This document shows, piece after piece, positions 1 to 10,059 of a stretch of DNA of 64,000 nt (positions within the stretch are counted from its first letter, which is position 1; each line of letters starts with the position of its first letter). Under the pieces are notes generated by a model. The model was not told where the DNA came from and searched no databases. It saw nothing but the letters and a program-made list of their open reading frames with translations. Where the stretch lies: the NCBI GenBank assembly GCA_964234715.1, contig OZ174280.1. One strand, 5' to 3'. Made by a program: the position numbers and the translations under genes. The DNA is from Podarcis melisellensis. Its lineage: Eukaryota.

Positions 1-1337
1 ACGTAGTCCTGTAAGGAAAGACAAACGAGGGTCTCTAGGGGGATTGTGAATAATTTTTCCTAAGAAGTCAGCAAAGGCAATTTGAGTAGGAACGGCTGTC
101 ATCATTAAATGCATAAATTCTTCCTGGGAGAAGGGCAGGTACACTGACTGCAAGTCCATTCCAGAGAGCGCGAGGGCCCGATGTCGGCCTTTGACAACAA
201 GGTCCATGACACTGTTGGGTGTAGCATACACATTACGCGGAGGAGTATGAGGCAGGTGAAGCCATTCCACAATAGATACAGTCCCAGGCTTCTGGCCTGT
301 GGTGTACAATATAGCTGTTGGAAGAAGCGGGGTGGCAAATACTGCAAGGGACAACTGGGACATGGATAGGGATGGTATTCTATCCACCATACATCTGTGT
401 AGGTGATCGTTCACAGTTTTTAAAGCCTCTTCCATCGCAGGGGTAATAGTGATCCTGTCTGCTGCGTCCTTGTGTCCTTTCAGGGCAGTAAACAAAGGAG
501 ACAGGGTAGAAGTGGGTAGGTCCAGATAATTCTTGATCCAATTCAACTGTCCCAAGAGCTGTTGCAAATCCACTAATTTAAGATGCTCCGGGAATTGCAA
601 TTGAGGCGTGACTGGAATAGCTGCAGATGCTGTCAACTTGTGTCCCAGATACACAATAGGTAAAGTCCGCTGAATTTTTTCTCTAGCCACAGTCAATCCT
701 GCTTGCATCATAGTATGAGTTAAGTCCTCGAGAAGAGCATCAGAAATGTGCGATGAGGAAATCAAAATATCATCCATGTAATGGTAACAGAGGACCGCTA
801 GGTGGCGCTCACGAAATGGTTGAAGTGCTTTATCTACAAAATACTGGCATAAAGTTGGAGAATTTCGCATTCCCTGTGGAAGAACCACCCATTGAAAGCG
901 CTGGGTAGGTTGGGAGTTGTTCAGGACAGGCAGGGTAAAGGCAAAACGCTGTCTGTCTTGTGGTGCCAGAGGAATAGAGAAAAAGCAGTCCTTGAGATCG
1001 ATGACTGCAAGTTGATGGTCTTGTGGCAGCATGTTGGGATTAGGAATGCCGGGTTGCAAGGTCCCCATTGGTTGCAATTGTTCATTAACCCTTCGAAGGT
1101 CTTGAAGAAGACGGAATTTCCCAGATGCCTTTTCCTGATGACAAAGATGGGTGTATTCCATGGGCTGGTGGAAGGTTCAATGTGCCCCAGTTCGAGTTGC
1201 TCCGAAATTAACTGGGCTGCCACTGCAAGCTTTCCTTTAGGCAAGGGCCATTGATCTACCCACACAGGGGTGTCTGTGGTCCAGCAGAGAGAAAGCGCAG
1301 TCCGGGGCATGGCAGGGGCAGCCCTCAGCATAAATTT
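1..1337 (-). CDS. pol: ERV Pol (reverse transcriptase and connection domain), one frameshift near 1130, truncated by the window edge
   Basis: [10 protein letters not shown]...[10 protein letters not shown], then a frame change to [40 protein letters not shown] and YMDD (780-769); open to position 1. Confidence 0.95.
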
Positions 1338-2032
1338 GTAGAAATGGTGGTATCCGCTGCAGCAAGCAGATCTCGCCCCCAAAGGGAGACAGGGATGTCC
1401 AAGATCAAAGGTAGAATGGTCATCTCAAAACCTTGCGAACCCTGGATCAAAATAGGGTTCCTGCTGCGGCGGGCCGAGGCAGCGCCTCCAACGCCGACAA
1501 CAGAAGAAGCTGGTTCAGTGGGCCAGGCAGGGGGCCAGTCCTTGGCGGCAATCACGGAGCAGTCAGCCCCTGTGTCGAAAATACCGTCAATCGTGCGGCC
1601 TCCAAGGGTCATCTGGATCTTTGGGCGCTCCTCCGTGACCGAAAAGGTGGCGGCAATGAGAGGGTCGTGATCCTGGGCTGACCCTGGGATGCATATGATT
1701 TTCGCTACAGGAGAGCCAGATTGCAGATGCGCCGGACGATCAGAGAAAACAGTCACATAGGGGTCATTTTGTTGCATCCCATGTAAAACATCTGGAACAA
1801 GGTGGACCCCATGTCGCAAGATTTCTGACAATGGAAAGACAAGGCATTGTGCTGAAGAAGAAAAACCAGCCCCTACTGACACTCGAACTTGTTGTGGCAC
1901 ATAGGGAACTGGCAGGCATAAGTCCTGAGTTAAGAAAAGACGAGGCAAGGCCGGGGGCGGGATGACCGGAGGAAGCGCTGGATCCCCTATTGTTGTGCCT
2001 GGGCCCGGGGTGGGCCCGACTGCCGGTTTCCC
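1325..2032 (-). CDS. pro: ERV Pro: degenerate dUTPase-like domain plus aspartic protease
   Basis: Open frame with [10 protein letters not shown] active site, VGVGG flap and LWGRDLL; entered by -1 frameshift; no G-patch. Confidence 0.93.
   Translation of the reverse strand, partial: GKPAVGPTPGPGTTIGDPALPPVIPPPALPRLFLTQDLCLPVPYVPQQVRVSVGAGFSSSAQCLVFPLSEILRHGVHLVPDVLHGMQQNDPYVTVFSDRPAHLQSGSPVAKIICIPGSAQDHDPLIAATFSVTEERPKIQMTLGGRTIDGIFDTGADCSVIAAKDWPPAWPTEPASSVVGVGGAASARRSRNPILIQGSQGFEMTILPLILDIPVSLWGRDLLAAADTTISTNLC
1331..1337 (-). promoter_or_regulatory. pro-pol -1 slippery site A AAT TTA
   Basis: ACAAATTTATG at the end of the pro frame (…TNL), the same heptamer as RSV gag-pol; the pol frame is open across it. 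Confidence 0.8.
1984..2032 (-). promoter_or_regulatory. gag-pro -1 ribosomal frameshift signal with H-type pseudoknot
   Basis: G GGA AAC (2032-2026) followed by GGGCCC-ACCCC-GGGCCC and a downstream GGGG able to pair with the loop; same layout as the SRV-1/MPMV gag-pro signal. Confidence 0.85.
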
Positions 2033-3576
2033 GTCGGCTGGTTTCGGTGGTCTAGCTGGTTTTGCTGAGTCAGCTGACCTTGCTGAGGCGTGGCGGAACG
2101 GCATTGGTTGGCCCAATGGAAACCCTTCTTGCAAATGGGGCACTTTGAGTTAGGGCGACGCTGCTGTGTGGTAGATCTGCACTGTGCACGAAAATGCCCT
2201 ACTTTGCCGCATCCAAAGCAAGTTTTGTCTTTGGCAGAAATTTGGGGCGCGGCGGAGGACAGAGCCGCGGCTAAAAGGCGAGCTTTGTGCGTCTCTGTGC
2301 CCACTGACTGGCAGGCTTTGAGCATATCAGCAATGGCAATATTGGGCGTTGTCATCAAAGGGCGCAGCGCTTGCTTACAGTCCTCATTTGCATTATCAAA
2401 CGCAAGCTGGCGAACAATCACTTCTTGGGCTGCTATGTCCTGAACTTGCCGCTTGAGGGTGTTATACAAGCGATCTACAAATTGTCCATAGGGCTCTGCA
2501 GGGCCTTGACGGACGCTTCCCCACCGACCCCCATGTTCTGTCTTATCATCAGGCACAGCAGACAGGGCCTCCTGAGCAGCAGCGGTAGTGGCTTCCCAAT
2601 ACATAGGATTAAGGGCTAACTGCTGGGCGATGGTAAAAAAGTTGCCCCCACCCGTCAACCCGTCAAAAACATCCGTATGGGTCAACATAACAGGGGCTGG
2701 GGGTGCAGCGCCAGCACCTGCGGCAGCAACCGCGGCTTGGTGAGCTGCCTGGGCAGCGTTGTTAAGATTGTCACGAATACCATCAACGCGACGTTGGCAA
2801 GCCCAGTGCCAAGCTTGCATAAACAAAATCATTTGATGAGGCTGCATTACAGTACGGGCCAACAATTTAATGTCCTCTGGTACCATATTCTGTTGGAAAA
2901 GGGTCCCAAAAAGTCCCAAGGTATAAGGGGAATGCAGGCCATTGTCCCTGACAGAGGAATATAGTTCTTTTATGATTCTCAAGTCAAACTGTCCGTGCCG
3001 GGCTGGGCCTCCCCCCGGGGCGGCAGGAACAATCACAGGAAAAAGATTAGGGGTGGCAGAATCAAAAGCCAACAAAGGAGCAGCGGCACGAAGAGACTCT
3101 TGGAAAACAGTGGTAGAGGGCTGGACAGAAGGCGAAAAAGGTGGTGGAGGCAGCGGTGGGATAGAAGGAGCCGAAGGGGAGAAATCCGGTGGTTTAGGAG
3201 GTACATAAACTGGAGGATTCGAAGAAGGCAACGTGGGGTGCAGAGGCGAAGGAGGAGCCAAAAGTATAGGTGAGACAGGCGTTGAGGTAGCCAGGAGGAT
3301 ATTTGCAGGAGTTAGGCTTGACATAGCCTTGTAAACTTTACACCAGGCATGTAAAACTTTAACATTAATCTGAGGATGATTCTGGAAAAATTGTCCTATT
3401 TTATCCCAGTCTTTTAAATCAAAAGTGCCATCCTGAGGAAACCAGGGGCAGTGGGTGTCCAAAGCTTGAATAAGGGCCTTGAGATCAGCATCAAGCACAA
3501 CAAGGTTGTTACTGGCCAGAAGGAATTTAAGGTCATCAAAAAATTTCTTCTGTGGTGCAGAGAGAGATTGCCCCAT
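1987..3576 (-). CDS. gag: ERV Gag (529 aa): MA-late domain-CA-NC
   Basis: Myristoylation-type start MGQSLS; beta-type MA motif CPWFPQDGTFDLKDWDKIG; PSAP late motif; major homology region VRQGPAEPYGQFVDRL; two CCHC knuckles CFGCGKVGHFRAQC and CPICKKGFHWANQC. Confidence 0.96.
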   Translation of the reverse strand: MGQSLSAPQKKFFDDLKFLLASNNLVVLDADLKALIQALDTHCPWFPQDGTFDLKDWDKIGQFFQNHPQINVKVLHAWCKVYKAMSSLTPANILLATSTPVSPILLAPPSPLHPTLPSSNPPVYVPPKPPDFSPSAPSIPPLPPPPFSPSVQPSTTVFQESLRAAAPLLAFDSATPNLFPVIVPAAPGGGPARHGQFDLRIIKELYSSVRDNGLHSPYTLGLFGTLFQQNMVPEDIKLLARTVMQPHQMILFMQAWHWACQRRVDGIRDNLNNAAQAAHQAAVAAAGAGAAPPAPVMLTHTDVFDGLTGGGNFFTIAQQLALNPMYWEATTAAAQEALSAVPDDKTEHGGRWGSVRQGPAEPYGQFVDRLYNTLKRQVQDIAAQEVIVRQLAFDNANEDCKQALRPLMTTPNIAIADMLKACQSVGTETHKARLLAAALSSAAPQISAKDKTCFGCGKVGHFRAQCRSTTQQRRPNSKCPICKKGFHWANQCRSATPQQGQLTQQNQLDHRNQPTGNRQSGPPRAQAQQ

Positions 3577-3855
3577 GATAGTGAGAACAGCAGAAAAAAG
3601 AGAGTAGTCGCTGGGATCCACAAAGGATGAAAAGGAGCGACAAAAGGAAGGGAGCTCTAACCGGGATCCAAAGAGGATGAGTGGTACCTGGAACCCTGGC
3701 CGGGTGTGGTCAGTGCTGAGAGGGCCGCAGCGCACGAAGTCCGAGAGAGGCTGTCTCACAAAGGCAGAAGGAAAGGGAGCACACACCGGGATCCGAAGTG
3801 GATGAAAGACACGTGGTGAATGCTGGACAATGAGGAACGACGTGGAGTCCGAAGT

Positions 3856-3873
3856 TACTCACACGGGGCACCA
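3856..3873 (-). promoter_or_regulatory. Primer binding site complementary to elongator tRNA-Met
   Basis: TGGTGCCCCGTGTGAGTA matches 17/18 to the complement of the vertebrate tRNA-Met(CAT) 3' end ...TCCTCACACGGGGCACCA. Confidence 0.85.
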
Positions 3874-3875
3874 AA

Positions 3876-4240
3876 TGACGAGGGCCTGCTCGCCATAGGA
3901 AATAAATCAGTCTCACACCAATGATATATTGAATAGGCCTAGCCAGCAACAACTGAGCTGAACCGAGCTGATCAGGCCCTGAGCATGCTCAAACTGCTGC
4001 GGCCTAGCATTTTATTATTTCACAGAACATTGTATCAACTCAACAGTAACAGACAATACCATATATGGAAAATCACCCCACTATCAGGGTATGCTGTATA
4101 AACCAATCACAGGCTAGCATGAGGTGTCCACACGCTGATCATGCCTAACACAGCCTGCCCTGCCAAAAGGTCAGGCTGCAGTAAATTTCCACCCATGTGC
4201 CCATTTTCCCTATAGGTAAAACCAACCATATTCCCACACA
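3876..4240 (-). repeat. 5' LTR of the ERV (365 bp)
   Basis: Minus strand begins TGTGTGGGAA at 4240 and ends ...CGTCA at 3876, 2 nt before the PBS. AATAAA at 4016-4011; CCAAT element near 4103. The 4240 boundary is inferred because the second LTR is outside the window. Confidence 0.8.
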
Positions 4241-4994
4241 AAATAATATACACTGAAATGAGAGCTTCTGACTATCATATTTAGAGCTAATACTTTTTCT
4301 TACTCCACGTCAAATTGGCAGGTAACCCTGAAGGATTTTCGGTTTGACTTGCTTATTTAAATATCTGGTAATATTTAATTTGTAGGATAATGCTTTCTTG
4401 GCACATGCGTGTTTTCTCTCTGACTCTGGAAGACTGTGGTCTGTATGTGTAAGTGGATTTAGGACGAACTAGTGCCCCAGTCTTGTTAGACAGATACTTC
4501 CAACAATCCAGTCTTGTGTGAAAACATTCACAAGCCAACTCTCAAAAGACCAGAAACTGTCTAACTTTATTTATTCTAGGTAAGCCTTGCAATCAATAAT
4601 TTTATTTTTCCTTCCACTTGTGGACTTGGATAGCTTTTAAAGCATTGGGAAGTTCTTCATGTAAACTTACTGCCAAACCAATTTACCTGGAGTTGCCAAG
4701 CTTTAAAAACCATGCGAGCTGTTGTGTGTATGCACCAAATGTGTATACATCACACATTATATGTGCATACACCATATTTTTAAACATGTTACCCTGAAAA
4801 AGAATGCCAAGAACTGTAGTTTACCCCTCACAGAGTCATCAGCACCCTTAAACTACAGTTCCCAAGATTCTTGAGGTGCTTGCTTTAAATGTGTGTAATG
4901 TATGCAGCCATCAGCCATGTAAACAACATACAAATAGTGCTATGCACTTAGAAGAATGCAGTGTAACTCTGGAATGTGAGGGTTCTTTCCTATA

Positions 4995-5151
4995 CAGTCG
5001 TACCTTGGATCCCAAACGCCTTCCGAGTCAAATGTTTTGGCTCCTGAACGTGGCAAACCCGGAAGTGAGTGTTCCAGTTTGCAAACGTTCTTTGGAACCC
5101 AAACGTCTGACACAGCTTCCGATTGGCTGCAGGACTTCCGAGGTACAACTG
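4995..5151. mobile_element. Tc1/mariner (Tigger/pogo-like) MITE
   Basis: TA target duplication; TIRs CAGTCGTACCTTGGA / TCCGAGGTACAACTG; similar to copies at 32758 and 39495. Confidence 0.85.
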
Positions 5152-6756
5152 TATTTGCAACCCTCAGCCTCCAAACTTTTGCATTTACTTCAGTGGGATT
5201 AATTCAGAGCAAGTGTTTGAATGCTATGTTTTAAAATCCTTCTTTTAGGAAAAATGAGTTTATTTTTCTCCCAAAGTCATTTTCAATTGCCTTTGTTTTA
5301 GTTCCATTTTCCGGCTCGCAATTTATTTTCATCTGGTGCTCAGCGTGCAAAGGTTTAAGATTAAGGCTGTGCATATTTCCGTCTAAAAACAGAATGAAAA
5401 ATTAAGCAATATTTTGCAGGCAGACGTAGCTATTGATAGATGTCTCACAGAAATTAGAAACCAGCATGCTGTACCTCAGCCAGACAGAGTGATATTTATA
5501 ATTGTTATAAAAAGCTATTTCATGAGGAGCATGTATTAAACTGAGCACATGGCTGTACCGTTCAGAATTGGCTGAAGAATCTGAAGTGCATTTATTAATT
5601 TCAGTAGAACTTTCACCAGTTAAAATGCATTTAAGATGACACATTGTGAGCTGCAACCTTAAATGTACTTGTTAGAGAATAAAGCATGGCCGATAATTGG
5701 GGATAATGGCCACAGCTTTCCCATTCCTCCCCTAGTCTAAAAGTCATGGCTAGCTACCAATACTTTGGTCAATGCTTTCCTATCTTTGTGCTTTAGTTTA
5801 TAAATACAAAGCCAACAGCTTATAAAATATATGGAGAATAACAGTAGCAAATGCAAAAAGATGTGTGACAAAAATAGCAGAAGGAAAAACTAGTGTTACT
5901 GTCTTCTCATGCTTCCTTGAGTGGTGAGAAGTTCCAGGGGCAGCACTATGGGATTCATTTTTCTTTTGACACGAGACCACTGCAGACAAATGGTGCCTTT
6001 GTAGTATTCCTTCCAATTATAAATATACAAGCAGAACACAGTGGAGGCAGACAGGTGCTCCTTTAGCGGGCAACACAGCTGCTAATTCTGCATGATTCCC
6101 AGAGAGCAGCTGCTGCTGCTGCTGTCCTCTCCTAGGCTGCAACACCTCTGTTTAGCTAACTCCAGCTGCCTCTTCTCAAAATATTAACTGCAAAATGCTT
6201 TATTTTACCTAGCACAGTCCTTGCACTGCACTGTCTCCGATTCCAGCCCTATTGGGGAATTTCCCATTCAGGGAACCATCCACTTGTACTGAGAACTGTT
6301 AAGGTTCTTAAGTCTCTGACAACTACTATGTGACAGTTCAGACAACTCATCGTGGCAAAACTCACCTAACGTCATTGCCCCTTCTAAACGAGCTTGGCTG
6401 TCATTACTGAAATGGATCACACTTGCAAGTTTCCTGAGGAAAAGAAAATTAGACAAGTTAACAAGAATCAAGAGCACACAGGATAATACATAGTTGACCA
6501 ATTATATATTTAGAAATGCGTTTCTTTTCCTTCAGGTCAGATTCCCTTTAGTGAATGAAAGACAGCATGTACCCCTTACACAAAGCCGTTGCCCCAAACT
6601 CAGGTACATGCTTGCACAAGATCGATTTTTCTTCAGATAGCAAGCTTCTGTTCTGTCACTCACCAACATAAATTAGAATTTCTCTGACAATGGGCTCTCT
6701 TCATTATGTCATCAAATTTCTAAAATGGAGTTTCACTAATAAGTAAGGTTCTGAAA

Positions 6757-6950
6757 GTCCGTTCTTAACCTGAAACTGTTCTTAACCTGAGGTACCACTT
6801 TAGCTAATGGGGCCTTCCGCTGCGTCACCACACAATTTCTGTTCTCATCCTGAAGCAAAGTTCTTAACCCAGGGTACTATTTCTGGGTTAGCGGAGTCTG
6901 TAACCTGAAGCATCTGTAACCTGAAGCGTCTGTAACCCGAGGTACCACTG
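6757..6950. mobile_element. Tc1/mariner-type MITE, truncated at one end
   Basis: Ends GAGGTACCACTG-TA; reverse complement of the 14257 and 55807 copies. Confidence 0.85.
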
Positions 6951-7352
6951 TACAGGCATTCAGCAATCAACTTGTTTTTCTTCCTCTCTGCTGATCTTGA
7001 CTATACAAATGCTTGGCATTTAAAACCTGCAGGACATTTATTCCTAAGTACTGTAATGTAGCCTCAAGCCCAACCCTTCTGCAGTAGGGAGGTTATAAAA
7101 AATAATAACCCTTCTAAAAAAAACCACCACTGCAAAAATACATTTCCCCCTATTGGCCACAATAAGTTTTATTTGCCTGTGAATTCTGCTTAGACCTCCT
7201 TTCAAAATGCCAGTGTAGTTCCAGGTGTGTTTTTTTAGATGTCACTTTCCCAACAGCATCTTTTGTCATTGTTGACAGGTACGTTTATTTTTGTTCTAAT
7301 AGAGGAATTCTCACCAGTCTCAAATATGAGGACTCAGAAAGATGATGATGAT

Positions 7353-7445
7353 AACAATAATAATAATAATTTATTATTTACACCCCTCCCATCTGGCTGG
7401 GTTTCCCCAGCCACTCTGGGTGGCTTCCAACAAAGTATTAAAATA
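7353..7445 (-). mobile_element. L2-type LINE 3' tail fragment
   Basis: (AAT)n followed by CCCCAGCCACTCTGGGTGGCTTCCAAC; the same tail recurs near 8500, 9340, 36750, 53380 and 55160. Confidence 0.7.
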
Positions 7446-9732
7446 CAGTAATCCAGTAATAAAATACAGTAATGATAGCGTATATTATTCAAATTATTAA
7501 AAATGTGTTTATGGTCAGCCAACACTATTTACTTGATGATTTGTTCTTCTGTCTGCAGAACAAATTTGTGTTAGTAGAGACTCCTGCTTAGGGTTGCCAT
7601 ATTTCCAAAAGTGAAATGGGGGGAATACTCCTGCTATTATTGTTTCCCATTAATTGTTTCCCATTAAGATGATTATTTGCTGGGGTCTTTCTATCCTAGG
7701 CCCAGAAATGGGAGAGAGAGAAATGTTCCTTATTACTGGCAATAAAGAGTCAAGGTGCACCAGGATTTCTTCACGTTGTGAACGCTCAGCTGTCGTGTGT
7801 AGGGAATCTCAGAAGCATCTCTATCACTCAGAAAGCAGAACCCTGACTGGCAGTGGGCCAAGATCCAAAACTAATTCCTTAAGCCAGAAATTGCCTTTTC
7901 AATTGCTTCTTTTGAAACAGCAGTCCCTAATACCACATGACAAACTACATTTAAAATTGAAGGGTCTTGCTGAAGCAGTTTCTGCTACTACATGAGGATA
8001 AGACTGAATCTCGGAACCAAACCATTGAATGCAGTTGCATTATCTGAAACATGGTGGTGCTCTATTTTATTTTATTTTATGTTATCTTTTCTGTTTAGTT
8101 CAAGCTATTCGATTGGGTTAGTTTGCTTGTATTATTTTATACTATGTTTAGTGTAAATTGTTAAATTACGTTAGTGTTGTGTTGTTTTTATACAAATCCA
8201 GGTTGGGTTTTTTGTATTTATTGATACTATGTTTACGTACTTCTGTTTCTAATACATTCTTGGAATCAATTTTATTGTTTATATGTTGTGAGCTGCTTTG
8301 GGCAGTTTTGTAGAAAAGTGGAATATAAACAAAGAGATGGTGATGATGATGATGATAAGTTGTTTAAGGGAAGAGGTGTCCACTGGCTTAGAATAATGCG
8401 CTAGCCCTTTAGATCCTGCTCACGGCTGCATACCCCCCAACATTTCTCCAATGAAAATGGGACGTCCCATTCCACAATGATAATTTTGCTATTTGTACCA
8501 GCACATCTTACTGTGTTGCCCCAGCCACTTTGGACAGCTTCCAGCTTATATAAAAACATAATAAAACACTTTAAAAACTTCCCTATACAGGATTGCCTTC
8601 AGATGGCTCAGGGCTCAGAAAACTCCATACCCTCCAACATTTATCCAATGAAAATAGGGACATCCCAAAGAAAAGTGGTCTGATTCTGGGATCAAATCAG
8701 AAACCGGGACAGCTTCTCTAAATCAGGGATGTCCCTGGAAAATAGGGAAACTTGAAGTGTTGGCGGCTGTTAGAGCAATCCTATACATGACTATTCAGAA
8801 GTTGAGTTCAATGGGACTTAGTATAATGCAGATCATTGGTCCATCTAGCTCAATATTGTAAACACAGACCAGCAGCAGCTCTTCAGGGTTTCAGATGGGG
8901 GACATTCCCAGTCCTCCCTAGAGATGTCAGGGATTGATTTTTTGCATGCTGGGCATGTGCTCTACCATTGACCTATGCTCTTTATTCCCAGGTTTGTAGT
9001 CTTAAGTGACATGTCATGGGGGGGGTGGGGAGAGAAATTCAGGTTGCTTCTAAGGGTGAACCTACCTGATCTGCACTTTCTGAAACAATATGCAAACTGA
9101 AACACAGTTATCTCTCAAAATTTGCATCACTCTGAATTTTGCAATACTGTACAGTCCTCCAGCAAAGTAATGCGTACAAAAATGAATATAACAGAGTAAG
9201 GGCTGAAACAATACAACATACAAGAGGAACATACAAAAATGCATTAAAAAAACTAGGGGAAACTGTATACTAAAATGTGCTAATAATAAAAAACAATATA
9301 TTTATATTTAATATATTTATATATTTATATGCTGACCATCTGCCCCAGCCACTCTGGGCAGCTTTCAACAGATTATTTTTTAAAAAACCCCAACCATTGA
9401 AAACTTCCCTATATGGGGCTTCTAAGAGTCAGGTGTTTATTTTCTGGACATCTGGCAGGAGAAATTCAACACTATAATGCTGGTGGATTTTCACAAGGAC
9501 TTTTTATCAAAACACTTTTCAAACTGATGTAGAAATGTGAAGAACTAAACTTTGCAAAGTGGGTAAAATGAAAAACTCAGAGAAACCAAACCTACATAAC
9601 TATTTGCCCATTCCTGGCTATCATGCACTTGATTCGTTTGAGAGATTACTAAGAAAATGTGTGTATCTTTTATCGATGTAAGACTGAAGTGTGCCTCTAA
9701 TTTACTTTAATGCGAGGACTATGCTGCAGTTA

Positions 9733-10059
9733 GGGACGCGGGTTGCACTGTGGGTTAAACCACAGAGCCTAAGACTTGGCGATTAGAAGGTCGGCGGTTC
9801 GAATCCCCGCGACGGGGTGAGCTCCCGTTGCTCAGTCCCTGCTCCTGCCAATCTAGCAGTTCGAAAGCACATCAAAGTGCAAGTAGATAAATAGGGACTG
9901 CTCCGGCGGGAAGGAAACGGCGTTTCCGTGCGCTGCTCTGGTTCGCCAGAAGCGGCTTAGTCATGCTGGCCACATGACCCGGAAGCGAGATGAGAGCCAC
10001 AACCCCAGAGTCGGCCACGACTGGACCTACTGGTCAGGGGTCCCTTTACCTTTTTATTT
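9733..10059 (+). mobile_element. Sauria SINE (lacertid type), internally deleted
   Basis: GGGACGCGGG...GGTTCGAATCCC tRNA-like head; CCTTTACCTTT tail; TSD TGCAGTTA at 9725-9732 and 10060-10067. Confidence 0.93.

Larger units (their letters stand above)
1..4240 (-). mobile_element. Class II (beta/alpharetrovirus-like) endogenous retrovirus, 5' portion; continues beyond the left edge
   Basis: Order LTR-PBS-gag-pro-pol on the minus strand, with two -1 frameshift slippery sites and retroviral protein motifs. Confidence 0.97.

Noticed and set aside
892-3273. Plus-strand ORFs antisense to the ERV
   Set aside because: Short shadows of GC/Pro-rich gag-pro-pol codons.
5790-6260. CAGCTG E-box cluster with AT-rich MEF2-like motifs (muscle enhancer-like)
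   Set aside because: Short motifs, partly within a CTG repeat; not supportable without conservation or chromatin data.
9733-9815. tRNA-like A/B boxes here and near 8950, 34500, 39900 and 53650
   Set aside because: SINE heads, not complete tRNA genes.
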